A DNA stretch of 64,000 nt from Myxococcota bacterium (GCA_039028615.1 JBCCHT010000049.1:1-64000), one strand, 5' to 3'. Positions 36,109 through 46,805 are shown, counted from the stretch's first letter. Notes: generated by a model not told the origin, from the sequence alone. Numbers and translations: made by a program.

Positions 36109-36705
36109 TTACTTGGCCGTCATCAGGTCAGCCGCGCCGACCTCGGTGTAGCTGTCGAGTTCGTCCTGCGAGATCGGCATGGGCGTGCTCACGTCGGACA
36201 GGGCGGTGGCCAGCTCCGGGTGCCCGCTGCGGATCTCCTGCAAGGACTCTTCGACGTTGTCGGGGTCGATGTTCCACTCTTCGAGGCTGTACAGCATCAA
36301 GGAGTGGCCGCCGTCGCTGATCTCGAGGCACAGCTCGAAGGGCTCGGGGGCTTCGCCTTCGCACTCCCAGCTCTTCACCGTCACTTTGCCCCGGACGCGC
36401 TCCTGGGGGAAGAACAGCGACAATCGGTTGCCCTCGAGGCCGTAGTGGAACAGCTCCACGAGGTGGCGCCACTGCGACGAACGGCCCGTAGCGCCGAGGC
36501 GATCGCCGTCGATGTCGATCAACACCAGGTGTTGGATCATCTCGCGGGAGTCCCCGGGGATGCGCTCGATCCAGAACTGGTTGAGCACGTGCTGGGTGCC
36601 GGCAGCCTCATCGTCCGCGAACAGGCATTGGCCCAGGGTGAACATTCCGTAGGCGCTCGCTCCAGCAAGCGCGAGTCCGAGCAGCTTCGTCGTCGTCTTG
36701 GCCAT
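36109..36705 (-). CDS. Hypothetical exported/membrane-anchored protein
   Basis: MAKTTTKLLGLALAGASAYGMF N-terminal hydrophobic segment; GC3-biased frame. Confidence 0.7.
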   Translation of the reverse strand: MAKTTTKLLGLALAGASAYGMFTLGQCLFADDEAAGTQHVLNQFWIERIPGDSREMIQHLVLIDIDGDRLGATGRSSQWRHLVELFHYGLEGNRLSLFFPQERVRGKVTVKSWECEGEAPEPFELCLEISDGGHSLMLYSLEEWNIDPDNVEESLQEIRSGHPELATALSDVSTPMPISQDELDSYTEVGAADLMTAK

Positions 36706-36865
36706 GGCGCACCGTACCAGGTTTGCCACGGCTACATTTCCGGCGCCTCGAACGCGAGGGGGGTTTAACTGGGACGCGCCTTCAGTGTCGGTTGGCTCGC
36801 ATGGCGCCGCTTGAGATGAGGCCCCGAGCCCGGCATGCTCGGCCCGAGGGAGAGGCCCCTCGAGC

Positions 36866-39667
36866 ATGGACTCGGGAGTCGAGAACAACGAGCTACTCAC
36901 CACGGGAGTCACGCCGACGCAGGTCCGCGACGCCCCGGGGGAGGGCTTCGTACAGGCTCCTGGGGCGGGTTCTCGGATGGGTCGCTATCTCCTGCTCCAG
37001 GAGGTCGGCTCGGGTGGAATGGGCGTGGTCATGGAAGCCTATGACCAAGAGCTCGATCGCCGCGTCGCGCTGAAACTTCTGCGGCCGCACTTGAGTCGAA
37101 CTGGCGAAGCCCGCATGCGTCGCGAGGCTCGGATGCTCGCGCAGCTGCAGCATCCTTCCGTGGTCACCGTCTTCGAGGTCGGTGTCTTCGATGGACAGCT
37201 GTTCATCGCCATGGAGTTCGTCGACGGCGAGACCTTCGATCGTTGGGTCGCCGCGCACCGACCTCCGTGGCGACAGATCCTCGGCGTGGCCATCGAAGCG
37301 GCGAGAGGCCTCGGGGCCGCTCATGCGGTGGGGCTGATCCACCGCGACATGAAGCCGAGCAACGTGCTGGTCGGCAAGGACGGGCGCGTGTGTGTGGCGG
37401 ACTTTGGCATCGCCACCGCGACCGAGCCGAGCGACGAGGCCGACGTACCCTCGCAGGCGTCGCGACTGGAGACCGGCTCGCAGGAGTCGATGGAGATCCT
37501 CGCGGCGGCCAGCGAGCGCTTCAAGGCCAACGAGACGACGCCGCATACCGAGCACGGCACGGTCGTGGGCACGCCCGCGTTCATGGCTCCCGAGCAGCAT
37601 CGCGGCCAAGGGGTCGACGCGCGCTCCGACCAGTTCGCGTTCTGCGTGACCCTGTACCGCATGCTCTACGGCGAGGCGCCCTTCGCCGGCGACGACCTCC
37701 AGTCCTTGCGGGCGCGGGTGTGTCGGGGGGCCATCAACCCGCCGCCGGCCGGCGTCTCGGTCCCCAACTCGGTGCGGCGGGTCTTGCTTCGCGGCCTGGC
37801 CGTCGATCCGCAGCGGCGCTGGCCGACGATGCAGCAGCTCATCGTGGCGCTCGAGCGTTGTCTTCGACGCCGCCGTCGTCGGCTCGGCGTAGTGATCGGC
37901 GGAGCGATCATCGGTGCGAGCGCGGCCACGTGGATGCTCTCGACCGAGCCGGCCGAGGGCGCATCGTGCAGCGCGTTGGAAGAGCCGTTGGTCGAGGTCT
38001 GGGACGACGAGCGACGCGCGTCGATGCGCGACGCCTTTGTGGCCAGCGAGCTGCCCTACGCCCTCGACACCTGGAGTCGCACCTCGCGTCGGCTCGACCG
38101 TCAGGCCAGGCGCTGGAGCGATCGCTACGGCGAGGTCTGCATGGCCATGGGCGACCAGGGAGCCAGCGTGACCCTCGACCTCGAGATGGGCTGCCTCCGG
38201 CAGCGTCGCGAGGAGCTGCGGGCGCTGGTCGAGCTGCTCATCGATGGTGAGGCAGAGACCATCGCCAAGGCCATCCAGGCCGCGGCCGAGCTCGAGCCGG
38301 TCGAGACCTGTCGCGCCCGCGGGGCGGAGGCGGCCGCCATGGCTCCGCCCGCCCCCGAGCAGCAGGCCGAGGTCGACGAGATTCGTCTGCTGCTGGCGCG
38401 GGCCGAAGCGGCCTACAAGGCGGGGCGGATCGCGACCGCGTTCGAGTCGGCCGAGCGGGCCCACACGCGGGCGCAGGCCCTGGGCTACCCGCCGGTCGAG
38501 GTCGAGGCGAGCTTCCGCCTGGGCATGCTGCAGGGCATCCGCAGCGAGTTCGAGCAGTCCGAGGCCAACCTCGGCTCGGCCGCGCTCCGGGCCGTGGAGG
38601 CCCGGCACGATCGCATCGCGGCCCAGGCCGCGATCATGCAGGCCTTCGTCATCGGCTATCAGCTGGGGCGGCACTCCGAGGGCATGACCTCCGTCCGTCA
38701 TGCTCAGGCCGCGATCGATCGACTGGGTCCCGACCCGATGCTCGACGCTCAGCTCCGCGTCACGCGGGCAGCCATCCTCACCGCGCAGGGCGAGTTCGAC
38801 GAAGCGCTGAGGGACTTCCGGCATGGCCTGGCCCAGCGGGAGAAGACCCTCGGCCACGACCACCCCGTGGTGGCGTCCTCGTACAACAACCTCGGCAGCG
38901 TGCTGGTCGAGCTCGGTCGCTTCGACGAAGCCCTCACCGCGCTCGAGACGGCCCGGGAGATCTGGGAAGGCTCGTATGGACCGCGGCACCCGATGATCGC
39001 CACCGCCCTCAACGGCATCGGAGCCGTGCTCGAGCAGATGGGGCGCTGGCCCGAGGCGCGCGACCGCATCGAGCAGGCGCTGGCCATCCGCGAGCAGACC
39101 TTCGGGCCCGACCACGTCAACGTGGCGATCACCCTCGACAACCTCGGCTCGGTTCTCACGTACATGGGTGAGTACGAGGAAGCCCGCAAGGCGAGCCAGC
39201 GGGCGCTCGAGCTCCGCGAGCGCACCCTGGGCTCCGACCACCCGCACATCGCCTCGTCGCTGGTGAACCTCGGGCTCGTGGCTGAAAAAGAAGCCCGCTT
39301 CGCCGACGCGGTCTCGTATCACCGCCGGGCCATTTCCCTGTGGGAAGAGACGCTGGGCCCCGACCATCCCTACCTGGGCTTTCCGCTGACCAGCGTGGGG
39401 CGCGTGGATTTCGCGCTGGGTCATCGGGCCCAGGCCAAGGCGGAGCTGGAGCGAGCGCTCACGCTGCGTGCGGAAGGGAGCAAGCCGGCCGAGCGCGCCG
39501 AGACCCGCCTGGCGCTGGCGATGGTGGTGTGGGCCGATGACCCCCAGCGTGCGCGAGATCTCGCGACCCAGGCTCAGCAGGACGTGACCGGCGACGTGCC
39601 GCGGGATGCCGCCCTGCGCGGCGAGATCGAGACGTGGCTGCAGGAGCATCCGGCAGCGCCGCCGTGA
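36866..39667 (+). CDS. Ser/Thr protein kinase with TM segment and C-terminal TPR repeats
   Basis: GSGGMGVV, VALK, HRDMKPSN, DFG, GTPAFMAPE, DQFAF; TPRs such as LGHDHPVVASSYNNLG and FGPDHVNVAITLDNLG. Confidence 0.95.
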   Translation: MDSGVENNELLTTGVTPTQVRDAPGEGFVQAPGAGSRMGRYLLLQEVGSGGMGVVMEAYDQELDRRVALKLLRPHLSRTGEARMRREARMLAQLQHPSVVTVFEVGVFDGQLFIAMEFVDGETFDRWVAAHRPPWRQILGVAIEAARGLGAAHAVGLIHRDMKPSNVLVGKDGRVCVADFGIATATEPSDEADVPSQASRLETGSQESMEILAAASERFKANETTPHTEHGTVVGTPAFMAPEQHRGQGVDARSDQFAFCVTLYRMLYGEAPFAGDDLQSLRARVCRGAINPPPAGVSVPNSVRRVLLRGLAVDPQRRWPTMQQLIVALERCLRRRRRRLGVVIGGAIIGASAATWMLSTEPAEGASCSALEEPLVEVWDDERRASMRDAFVASELPYALDTWSRTSRRLDRQARRWSDRYGEVCMAMGDQGASVTLDLEMGCLRQRREELRALVELLIDGEAETIAKAIQAAAELEPVETCRARGAEAAAMAPPAPEQQAEVDEIRLLLARAEAAYKAGRIATAFESAERAHTRAQALGYPPVEVEASFRLGMLQGIRSEFEQSEANLGSAALRAVEARHDRIAAQAAIMQAFVIGYQLGRHSEGMTSVRHAQAAIDRLGPDPMLDAQLRVTRAAILTAQGEFDEALRDFRHGLAQREKTLGHDHPVVASSYNNLGSVLVELGRFDEALTALETAREIWEGSYGPRHPMIATALNGIGAVLEQMGRWPEARDRIEQALAIREQTFGPDHVNVAITLDNLGSVLTYMGEYEEARKASQRALELRERTLGSDHPHIASSLVNLGLVAEKEARFADAVSYHRRAISLWEETLGPDHPYLGFPLTSVGRVDFALGHRAQAKAELERALTLRAEGSKPAERAETRLALAMVVWADDPQRARDLATQAQQDVTGDVPRDAALRGEIETWLQEHPAAPP

Positions 39668-39731
39668 GCCAAGCGGCGCAACCCCCCGATGCCCCTCCCG
39701 GCGATGGCGTGATTGTGGTACCTGCGCCGTC

Positions 39732-40832
39732 ATGGCGCTGTCCGTCGGGATCGTAGGCTTGCCCAACGTCGGGAAGTCGACCCTCTTCAATGCTCTGTCC
39801 GATGCCGGGGCGGAGTCGGCCAACTACCCGTTTTGCACGATCGAGCCCAACGTGGGCGTCGTGCCCGTGCCCGATCCGCGGCAGGACGCGCTGGTCGACC
39901 TGTACAGCCCCAAGTCCAACGTGCCCACCAGCGTCGAGTTCCTCGACATCGCGGGCCTGGTCAAGGGGGCGAGCCAGGGCGAGGGGCTCGGTAACCAGTT
40001 CCTGACCCACATCCGCTCGGTGGACGCCATCTGTCACGTGGTCCGCTGTTTCGAGGACGACAACGTGGTGCACGTGGACGGCAAGGTCGACCCCACCGCG
40101 GACATCGACGTCATCGACACCGAGCTGCTGCTGCGCGACATGCAGTCGGTCGAAAACCGCCGCGATCGGGCGCGCAAGCAGTCCAAGAGCGGCGACGCCG
40201 ACGAGAAGAAGGCGCTCGAGGTCACCGAGAAGGTGCTCGGCAAGCTGGAGGACGGGGTCCCCGTGCGCGCGATGGAGCTCGACGAGGACGAGCTCGAGGT
40301 GCTGCATCCGCTGGCGTTGCTGACGGCCAAGCCCGTGCTCTTCGTGGCCAACGTGGCCGAGGACGCGGCGGCCGAGGCCATGGACCAGCCGATGGTGCAG
40401 GCGGTCGTGGAGCGGGCCAAGGCGCAGGGCGCCGAGGTGGTCGCCATCTCGGCGTCGATCGAGTCGGAGATCGCGGGCCTCGAGGCGGACGACCAGGTCG
40501 AGTTCCTGGAGAGCGTGGGCCTCGAGGAGCCGGGCCTGCACCGGCTCATCCGCAAGGCGTACCGCTTGCTCGACCTGCTCACCTTCTTCACCGCGGGGGA
40601 GAAGGAGGTCCGGGCGTGGACCATCCGCACCGGGACCAAGGCTCCGGGCGCGGCGGGCAAGATCCACACCGATTTCGAGCGCGGGTTCATCCGCGCCGAG
40701 GTGATGCACTGGAAGGACCTCATCGACGAGGGCAGCGAGGCCGGGGTGAAGGCCAAGGGCTTGCTGCGGGTCGAGGGCAAGGACTACGTCGTCGCCGACG
40801 GCGACGTGATCCACTTCCGCTTCAACGTCTGA
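39732..40832 (+). CDS. ychF: Redox-regulated ATPase YchF (Obg family)
   Basis: GIVGLPNVGKSTLFNAL, ANYPFCTIEPN, DIAGLVKGASQGEGLGNQFL, AAGKIHTDFERGFIRAEV, C-terminal FRFNV. Confidence 0.98.
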   Translation: MALSVGIVGLPNVGKSTLFNALSDAGAESANYPFCTIEPNVGVVPVPDPRQDALVDLYSPKSNVPTSVEFLDIAGLVKGASQGEGLGNQFLTHIRSVDAICHVVRCFEDDNVVHVDGKVDPTADIDVIDTELLLRDMQSVENRRDRARKQSKSGDADEKKALEVTEKVLGKLEDGVPVRAMELDEDELEVLHPLALLTAKPVLFVANVAEDAAAEAMDQPMVQAVVERAKAQGAEVVAISASIESEIAGLEADDQVEFLESVGLEEPGLHRLIRKAYRLLDLLTFFTAGEKEVRAWTIRTGTKAPGAAGKIHTDFERGFIRAEVMHWKDLIDEGSEAGVKAKGLLRVEGKDYVVADGDVIHFRFNV

Positions 40833-40834
40833 GC

Positions 40835-40860
40835 CGCCCTCCTTTATTAGAGGAAGGGCG
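40835..40860. terminator. Bulged hairpin between convergent genes
   Basis: CGCCCTCCT-TTATTAG-AGG(A)AGGGCG immediately after the ychF stop. Confidence 0.4.
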
Positions 40861-40894
40861 ACTGTCGGCGGTCGGGCTGTCGCGCTTTGTGCGC

Positions 40895-42052
40895 CTAGGT
40901 CAGGTCGTCGAGCGCGGACGAGATGTTGGCGAGGGCCTCTTCGAGATCCGCGGGGTCGACGCCGAAGCTCAGCCGGATGAAGCCGGGCGCCTCGAAGAAG
41001 CTGCCGGGGACCACCTGGGTCTGGTAGCGCTCGCGCAGGTGCTCGACGAAGGGCCCGTCGTTCATGAGGTCGGGCAGGCGCACGCAGCCGCTGAGGCCCG
41101 CATGAGGCGCGACCCACGAGACCCGAGGCTCGTTGTCGATCCACTTCTGGACGATGGCCTGTCCCGCGCTTCCCACGCGTTTCGTCCATGCGGTGAGCCG
41201 CTCGGAATCGCGCAGGACTCGAGCGCCGAGCATGAGGGTCGAGACCGGCTCGTCGACGTGTAGGTAGTTGGTGGCCGCGCGGAGCACCCGGTTGGCCTCG
41301 GGGTTGCCGGTCACGATCCAGCCCGCGCGTAGTGCGGAGAAGCCGAAGCACTTCGTGCTCGAGGACCAGCTGATGCAGTTGGGCGCGACGCGGCACGCCG
41401 GTTGAATCGGCGCGTCGGCATCGGCCGGGAAGTCGTAGTCGAGGTAGACCTCGTCGACGAGCACGACCGCGCCGACCCGCGCCGCGAGCTCGGTGACCTC
41501 GAGCAAGGTGTTGCGATCGAGCGCGACCCCGCTCGGGTTGTGAAGGTTGCTGAGGATGACCGCCTTGGTGCGCGGAGTGAGCAGCCGGGCGAGTCGGTCG
41601 GGACGGACCGCCCAACCATCGGCGGCGTCTCGCTCGAGTCGCGACGTCGTGGCCCCGAGCATCTCGGGTACCCGATGCAATGGTTCGTACGTCGGGCGCT
41701 CGACGATGACATGATCACCCGAGCGGAGCAGAGCCATCAGCACATGGGTGATGGCCAGGCTCGCGCCGAGGGTCGGGGTGACCTTCTCGGGTTCGACCCC
41801 GTAGCGCGCCGACACGACCTCGATGAATTCTTCGCGTGCGCGACGGCGCACGTCGCGGCGACAGAGTTGCGCGACGTCGAGGGCGTCGGACCAGGAGCCA
41901 ACGATGGCTCGCGCCTCCTCGTCGTCCGACCCGTTCGTCACCGTATCGGCGATGCCACTGCCGGTGAGGTTGAGACGTGCCAACCCCTCGACCGATTTGG
42001 CCCACGGCAGATACTCCAGGGCTCGCAGCGCCGCCTTCACAACGGGCGGCAT
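40895..42052 (-). CDS. PLP-dependent aminotransferase class I/II
   Basis: ERPTYEPL, SNLHNPSG, LVDEVY, SSSTKCFGFSALRAGW, VVPGSFF. Confidence 0.9.
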   Translation of the reverse strand: MPPVVKAALRALEYLPWAKSVEGLARLNLTGSGIADTVTNGSDDEEARAIVGSWSDALDVAQLCRRDVRRRAREEFIEVVSARYGVEPEKVTPTLGASLAITHVLMALLRSGDHVIVERPTYEPLHRVPEMLGATTSRLERDAADGWAVRPDRLARLLTPRTKAVILSNLHNPSGVALDRNTLLEVTELAARVGAVVLVDEVYLDYDFPADADAPIQPACRVAPNCISWSSSTKCFGFSALRAGWIVTGNPEANRVLRAATNYLHVDEPVSTLMLGARVLRDSERLTAWTKRVGSAGQAIVQKWIDNEPRVSWVAPHAGLSGCVRLPDLMNDGPFVEHLRERYQTQVVPGSFFEAPGFIRLSFGVDPADLEEALANISSALDDLT

Positions 42053-42197
42053 GGTTTCAGATGTAGGAGAGCCCCGCAAGCGGCCGTAAACAGCGGTTTT
42101 CGGCCCTCTACGGGGCAATTGGGGCAGTGTCGGCGGGCGGACTACCCCGCGATGGGCAGCCGGACGACCCAGATCTGCGCGAAGCGCTCAGGCCTAC

Positions 42198-42464
42198 TCA
42201 GCGTCCGCGCCAGCGGGTCAACGACGATCGCGTGCCTCGGCGGAGCACTCGAGCGAGCTTGAGCGTCTCGGTCTCGGCCCACGAATCGGCGAGCGCGGGC
42301 TCGAGTCGTGGTCGACCTTCGGGCCAATCGAGACGAGTTTCGAGACGGCGACCTTCCGGTAAATAGATCGCGACGGTGTACACGGCGGGGTCGTCGGCGA
42401 CCCGAGTCGCCACGAACCGGCCCCCGTTGTCGGGATGAAGATCAGTACTCGAGCTTTCGACCAC
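42198..42464 (-). CDS. Possible small hypothetical protein
   Basis: Protein-like 3' part of a track ORF (GGRFVATRVADDPAVYTVAIYLPEG...LKLARVLRRG...LTRWRG) filling an otherwise empty gap; start uncertain. Confidence 0.45.
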   Translation of the reverse strand: MVESSSTDLHPDNGGRFVATRVADDPAVYTVAIYLPEGRRLETRLDWPEGRPRLEPALADSWAETETLKLARVLRRGTRSSLTRWRGR

Positions 42465-42485
42465 GGCTGTCCGGAAAAATCGAAG

Positions 42486-42522
42486 ACGACCCCGGCCACG
42501 CGCGGGCGCGAACCGGGGTCGT
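42486..42522 (-). terminator. Probable terminator after the Cys-rich lipoprotein gene
   Basis: ACGACCCCGG / CCGGGGTCGT 10-bp stem with T-runs nearby on the minus strand. Confidence 0.5.
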
Positions 42523-42552
42523 GAAAAGCGAGACGGTGAACGTCGATCCTCG

Positions 42553-43518
42553 TCAGGCGGGGCAGCCCTCTTCGCCCGCATCGCAGCAGGCGCACTCGGT
42601 CGCGCCCTCGTCGGTGGTGACGCACTCGCCGAAGTCGTAGGTGATGCCGTCGGCGTCACCTTCCTCGGTGCAGATGCGAAGGCAGCTGTCGCCGCCGAGT
42701 CGGTTGTCCTGGCAGAAGAGGATCTGATCCCCGTCGTCACCGCAGGCGTCGCAGTCGGGTCCGCTGCACGGAGTGCCCGGGCCGTCGCCGCAGACGAACG
42801 CGACACCGGAGCCGTCGTCGATGCAGCCGTAGGCGAAGTCGCGACCCTCGCTCTCGCACCAGACGGTGGGGAACCCGGAGTTCTCGACCCAGGTGCCACC
42901 CATGCACTCCCAGTAGCGGCTGCCGGCCGGGCCCTCGGACTCGACGTTGCTGCAGAAGATGAAGGTGTCGTCGGTGCAGTCGGCGTCGTTGGGCTCGACG
43001 CCGTTCCACTCCGCCTCTTCCATGGTGCACTCGCCGGGCGGCTCGGCCGTCTCGTCGGCGCCAGTGTCGTCGACGTCGTCCGCGGTATCCGCGGTGCCCG
43101 AGGTCATCGGGTCGCCCGTGGTGAGCGGAGCGTCGGTCTCGCCGGGGGCCTGGTTGGGATCTTCGCAGCAGCTCAGATCCGACAAGTCACTGGGATTACA
43201 CCAGTTAAAGCCATCGTCGCAGACGCAGACCTCACCCTCGAGGTGCACCGGGTTGTTCTCGTCGCCGCCGCAGCTGGCATCGCCACCGCGGCCCGGGATC
43301 TCGTCGCACTCGAAGTCGTTGGCGTCGTTGGGGTTGACCCACTCGTGGCCGGCGTCGCACACGCATTCCCCACCCACGAGTTGGCTGTCGCAGCCGGTGT
43401 TGCCGCACTCGCTGCAGTCGAGGGGGCCGACCGAGATGACGCAGCCGAGGCCGAGGCCACCGAGTCCGCCAAAGGTTGCAGTCAACAGGAGCGTGCGGAG
43501 GGTTTGTGTCATGCGCAT
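42553..43518 (-). CDS. Cys-rich acidic lipoprotein with EGF-like CxC units
   Basis: GLGLGC lipobox; about 30 Cys; repeated ECVCDAGHEW / VCVCDDGFNW units. Confidence 0.8.
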   Translation of the reverse strand: MRMTQTLRTLLLTATFGGLGGLGLGCVISVGPLDCSECGNTGCDSQLVGGECVCDAGHEWVNPNDANDFECDEIPGRGGDASCGGDENNPVHLEGEVCVCDDGFNWCNPSDLSDLSCCEDPNQAPGETDAPLTTGDPMTSGTADTADDVDDTGADETAEPPGECTMEEAEWNGVEPNDADCTDDTFIFCSNVESEGPAGSRYWECMGGTWVENSGFPTVWCESEGRDFAYGCIDDGSGVAFVCGDGPGTPCSGPDCDACGDDGDQILFCQDNRLGGDSCLRICTEEGDADGITYDFGECVTTDEGATECACCDAGEEGCPA

Positions 43519-43677
43519 GGGAGTAGGCCTTTCGACGGCCTGTACGGCCGCTTCATTCTTCCCACCTGTACCGCAAGGAGCCCCACTCGCGCGAGCCTGC
43601 GCTAGCACCGCAGTCTGAGCTGGGAGCCGAGCGCAACCGCGCGGGCGGGGCTTGTCGGGGGCGTCGAAGGCCGACGC

Positions 43678-44694
43678 TCAGTCGACGGTCCAGGTGTGGC
43701 CGGAGTTCAGCAGGGCGTTCATGTCGCCCAGTCCGTTCTTGGCCACGGCTTGCTCGTTCTGGGCCACGACCGCCGCGTCGTAGGCGTGGCGCGGTTCGCG
43801 ATAGAGCACGCCGAAGACCATCGGGAAGTCGGGCACGTACAGCTGCGCGAGCAGGAAGGCGAGGCTGCGGTTGGTCTCGTCGTGGACGGTGACCTCCGAC
43901 TCGGGCACGCCGCCCTCGCCGACCTGCACGACCTCGATTTCGCCCCCGACGACGCGCAGGCCCTTGTTCTTCTCTTTGCCGAACAGCAACGGCTTGCCGT
44001 GCTCGGCCCACAGCTGCGTGTCCGACGCGACATCGCGGGCGGTGACCCCGGTCCAGGTGCCGTCGTTGAACACGGGGCAGTTCTGGAGGATCTCGACGAA
44101 CGAGGCACCGCGGTGCTCGCGGGCTTCGACGAGCACGGAGCCCAGGGTCTTGATCGAGGTGTCGATGGCGCGTGCGACGAACGGAGCGCCCGCGCCCAGC
44201 GCAAACAGCGTGGGCACGACGGGGTAGTCGAGGGAGCCCATCGGGGTCGAGGGGCTGCGCTGGCCGAGCAGCGAGGTGGGCGAGTATTGGCCTTTGGTCA
44301 GCCCGTAGATGCGGTTGTTGAACATCAGCAGCTGGACGTCGACGTTGCGGCGCAGCACGTGCAGCAGGTGGTTGCCGCCGATGCTGAGGCCGTCGCCGTC
44401 ACCGGTGATGATCCAGACGTCGAGGTCGGGGTTCGACAGCTTGAGTCCGGTGGCCAGCGCGGGCGCGCGGCCGTGGATCGTGTGGAACCCGTAGGTGTTC
44501 ATGTAATAGGGGAAGCGGCTGGAGCAGCCGATCCCGGAGATGAACACGGTGTTCTCCCGTGCGACGCCCATGGTGGGGAGCGCCTTTTGGACGGCCGCGA
44601 GGATCGCGTAGTCGCCGCAGCCAGGGCACCAACGGACTTCCTGATCGGAGGTGAAGTCCTTTTTGGTGAGCTTCTTGGCAGGTGTATCGGGCAT
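43678..44694 (-). CDS. korB: 2-oxoacid:ferredoxin oxidoreductase beta subunit
   Basis: WCPGCGD, SGIGCSSR, HTIHGR, TPP motif GDGDGLSIGGNH...NN, YGLTKGQYSPT. Substrate is not provable from sequence. Confidence 0.93.
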   Translation of the reverse strand: MPDTPAKKLTKKDFTSDQEVRWCPGCGDYAILAAVQKALPTMGVARENTVFISGIGCSSRFPYYMNTYGFHTIHGRAPALATGLKLSNPDLDVWIITGDGDGLSIGGNHLLHVLRRNVDVQLLMFNNRIYGLTKGQYSPTSLLGQRSPSTPMGSLDYPVVPTLFALGAGAPFVARAIDTSIKTLGSVLVEAREHRGASFVEILQNCPVFNDGTWTGVTARDVASDTQLWAEHGKPLLFGKEKNKGLRVVGGEIEVVQVGEGGVPESEVTVHDETNRSLAFLLAQLYVPDFPMVFGVLYREPRHAYDAAVVAQNEQAVAKNGLGDMNALLNSGHTWTVD

Positions 44695-44719
44695 GGCTTC
44701 GATTCGCTCGGCGAGAGGT

Positions 44720-46591
44720 TCAGGCGTTGAGGGCGGCTTCGATGCCGTCGAGGACCTCGGCGACCTTGAAGGGTTGTCCCTCGACCTTGTCGAGGGGCTC
44801 GGCGGGCACGAGATATTCGGCGCGGAGCACTCGGCAGAGCTGACCGTTGTTGAGTTCGGGGACGAGGACCTTGTCGAAGTTCCGCAGCAGATCCCCGAGG
44901 TTGCGCGGCATGGGCCACATCTGACGGACGTGGATGTGCGAGACGTCCAGGCCCTTGGCCCGGGCGCGCTGCACCCCTTGGTTGACCGAGCCGAAGGTCG
45001 AGCCCCAGCTCACCACCGCCATCGTGCCGGAGTCGTTACCCAGCTCGACCGCCTGCTCGGGCATGTCTTGGGCGATGCGCATGATCTTGTCTGCGCGGAC
45101 ATCGGTCATCTTCTGGTGGTTCTTCGGGTCGTACGAGATGTGGCCCGAGTCGTAGTTCTTCTCGAGGCCGCCGATGCGGTGCTCGAGGCCGGGGGTGCCC
45201 GGCTTGGGCCACACCCGCGCGAGGGTCTCGTCGTCGCGCATGTACGGGTGGAAGCCCTCGGTGTCCGCGTGGAACGTCACCGGGAACGGCTTGAGCTCGT
45301 CGAAGTTGGGGATCTTCCACGGGGAGGCGCCGTTGGCGATGAACCCGTCGGACAGCACCATGACGGGAGTCATGTACTTGGTCGCGATGCGGCAGGCCTC
45401 GATGGCGTAGTGGAAGCACTCGCCGGGGGTGGCGGGCGCGAGTACGCACATCGGGGCATCGCCGTTGCGGCCCCAGATGGCCTGGAACAGGTCGCTCTGC
45501 TCCGTCTTGGTCGGCATGCCCGTGGAGGGGCCAGCACGCTGGACGTCGAAGATCACCAGCGGGAGCTCGGTCATGATCGCCAAGCCGATGGCCTCGCCCT
45601 TGAGCGCGATGCCGGGCCCGGAGGACGCCGTGGCCCCCAGGGCGCCGCCGAACGAGGCCCCGACCGCCGCACACACGGCGGCGATCTCGTCCTCGGCCTG
45701 GAAGGTGGTGACCCCGAAGTGCTTGAGCTTGGCCAAGCTGTGCAGGACCGACGACGCCGGCGTGATGGGGTAGGAGCCGAACATCACGGGAAGACCGGCC
45801 AGGCGGCCGCCCGCGGCCAATCCCCAGGCGAGCGCCTCGTTCCCGGTGATGTTGCGGTAGGTGCCCTTGGCCAGGACCGCCTTGGGGACCTTGTAGGTGC
45901 CGACGTTCTGGGGCAGCTCGGCCATCTGGCCGTACACGTGCCCGGCATTGAGCGCGGCGATGTTGGCCTCGGCCAGCTCGGGCTTCTTGGCGAACTTGGC
46001 CTTGAGCCACTCCACGGTGGGCTCGCGGCTGCGATCGAACATCCAGAACAGCAGGCCGAGCGTCCACACGTTCTTGGTGCGGGCTGCCGATTTGGAGCCG
46101 ATGTCGAGGTGCGCCACCGCGGCCGTGGTCAGCTTGGTGATATCGGCCTTGAGCACCCGGTACGGGGCCAGCGTGTCGTCCGTCAGCGGGTCGACCTCGT
46201 ACCCGGCTTTCTTCAGGTTGCCGCGCGTGAACGCGCCCGTGTTGATGATGACCAGCCCGCCGCGCGGCACGTCGGCGAGGTTCACCTTCAGAGCGGCGGG
46301 GTTCATCGCCACCAGCACGTCGGGAGCATCCCCCGGGGTCAGCACGTCGTGCGACGCGAAGTGGATTTGGAAGCCCGAGACGCCGAAGGTGGTGCCGGCT
46401 GGAGCACGGATCTCCGCCGGGAAGTCGGGGAAGGTGGCCAGGTCGTTGCCCGCGACCGCGGTCGCTTGCGTGAACTGGGTGCCGGCAAGCTGCATGCCGT
46501 CACCGGAGTCGCCCGCAAAGCGGATGACGACCGAGTCGAGAATCTCGCGATCCTCGGCGTTGGGGCTTTTATCGGAAACCGGGGTGTCCAT
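44720..46591 (-). CDS. korA: 2-oxoacid:ferredoxin oxidoreductase alpha subunit (fused gamma-alpha)
   Basis: FAGDSGDGMQ, PAEIRAPAGT, YPITPAS, QAEDEIAA, QRAGPSTGMPTK. Confidence 0.93.
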   Translation of the reverse strand: MDTPVSDKSPNAEDREILDSVVIRFAGDSGDGMQLAGTQFTQATAVAGNDLATFPDFPAEIRAPAGTTFGVSGFQIHFASHDVLTPGDAPDVLVAMNPAALKVNLADVPRGGLVIINTGAFTRGNLKKAGYEVDPLTDDTLAPYRVLKADITKLTTAAVAHLDIGSKSAARTKNVWTLGLLFWMFDRSREPTVEWLKAKFAKKPELAEANIAALNAGHVYGQMAELPQNVGTYKVPKAVLAKGTYRNITGNEALAWGLAAGGRLAGLPVMFGSYPITPASSVLHSLAKLKHFGVTTFQAEDEIAAVCAAVGASFGGALGATASSGPGIALKGEAIGLAIMTELPLVIFDVQRAGPSTGMPTKTEQSDLFQAIWGRNGDAPMCVLAPATPGECFHYAIEACRIATKYMTPVMVLSDGFIANGASPWKIPNFDELKPFPVTFHADTEGFHPYMRDDETLARVWPKPGTPGLEHRIGGLEKNYDSGHISYDPKNHQKMTDVRADKIMRIAQDMPEQAVELGNDSGTMAVVSWGSTFGSVNQGVQRARAKGLDVSHIHVRQMWPMPRNLGDLLRNFDKVLVPELNNGQLCRVLRAEYLVPAEPLDKVEGQPFKVAEVLDGIEAALNA

Positions 46592-46805
46592 GACGAAGAC
46601 GTGGGACGAAGAACGAAAGAGCGCGACGTCGCGAAGATGACGCTACGTCAGCGCATTGGACGGGAGTATGGCGCCGGGCCGAAACCTTGTCACCCCGTGA
46701 ACCCGTGGCGCCGCGCACCGGATCGTGAGCTGCCCGTACGTAGCGTGAGCTGAACCGCACCTGCGCGGACGTGGCACGTGGCTCATCCGCCATGGTGTTC
46801 GCGCG

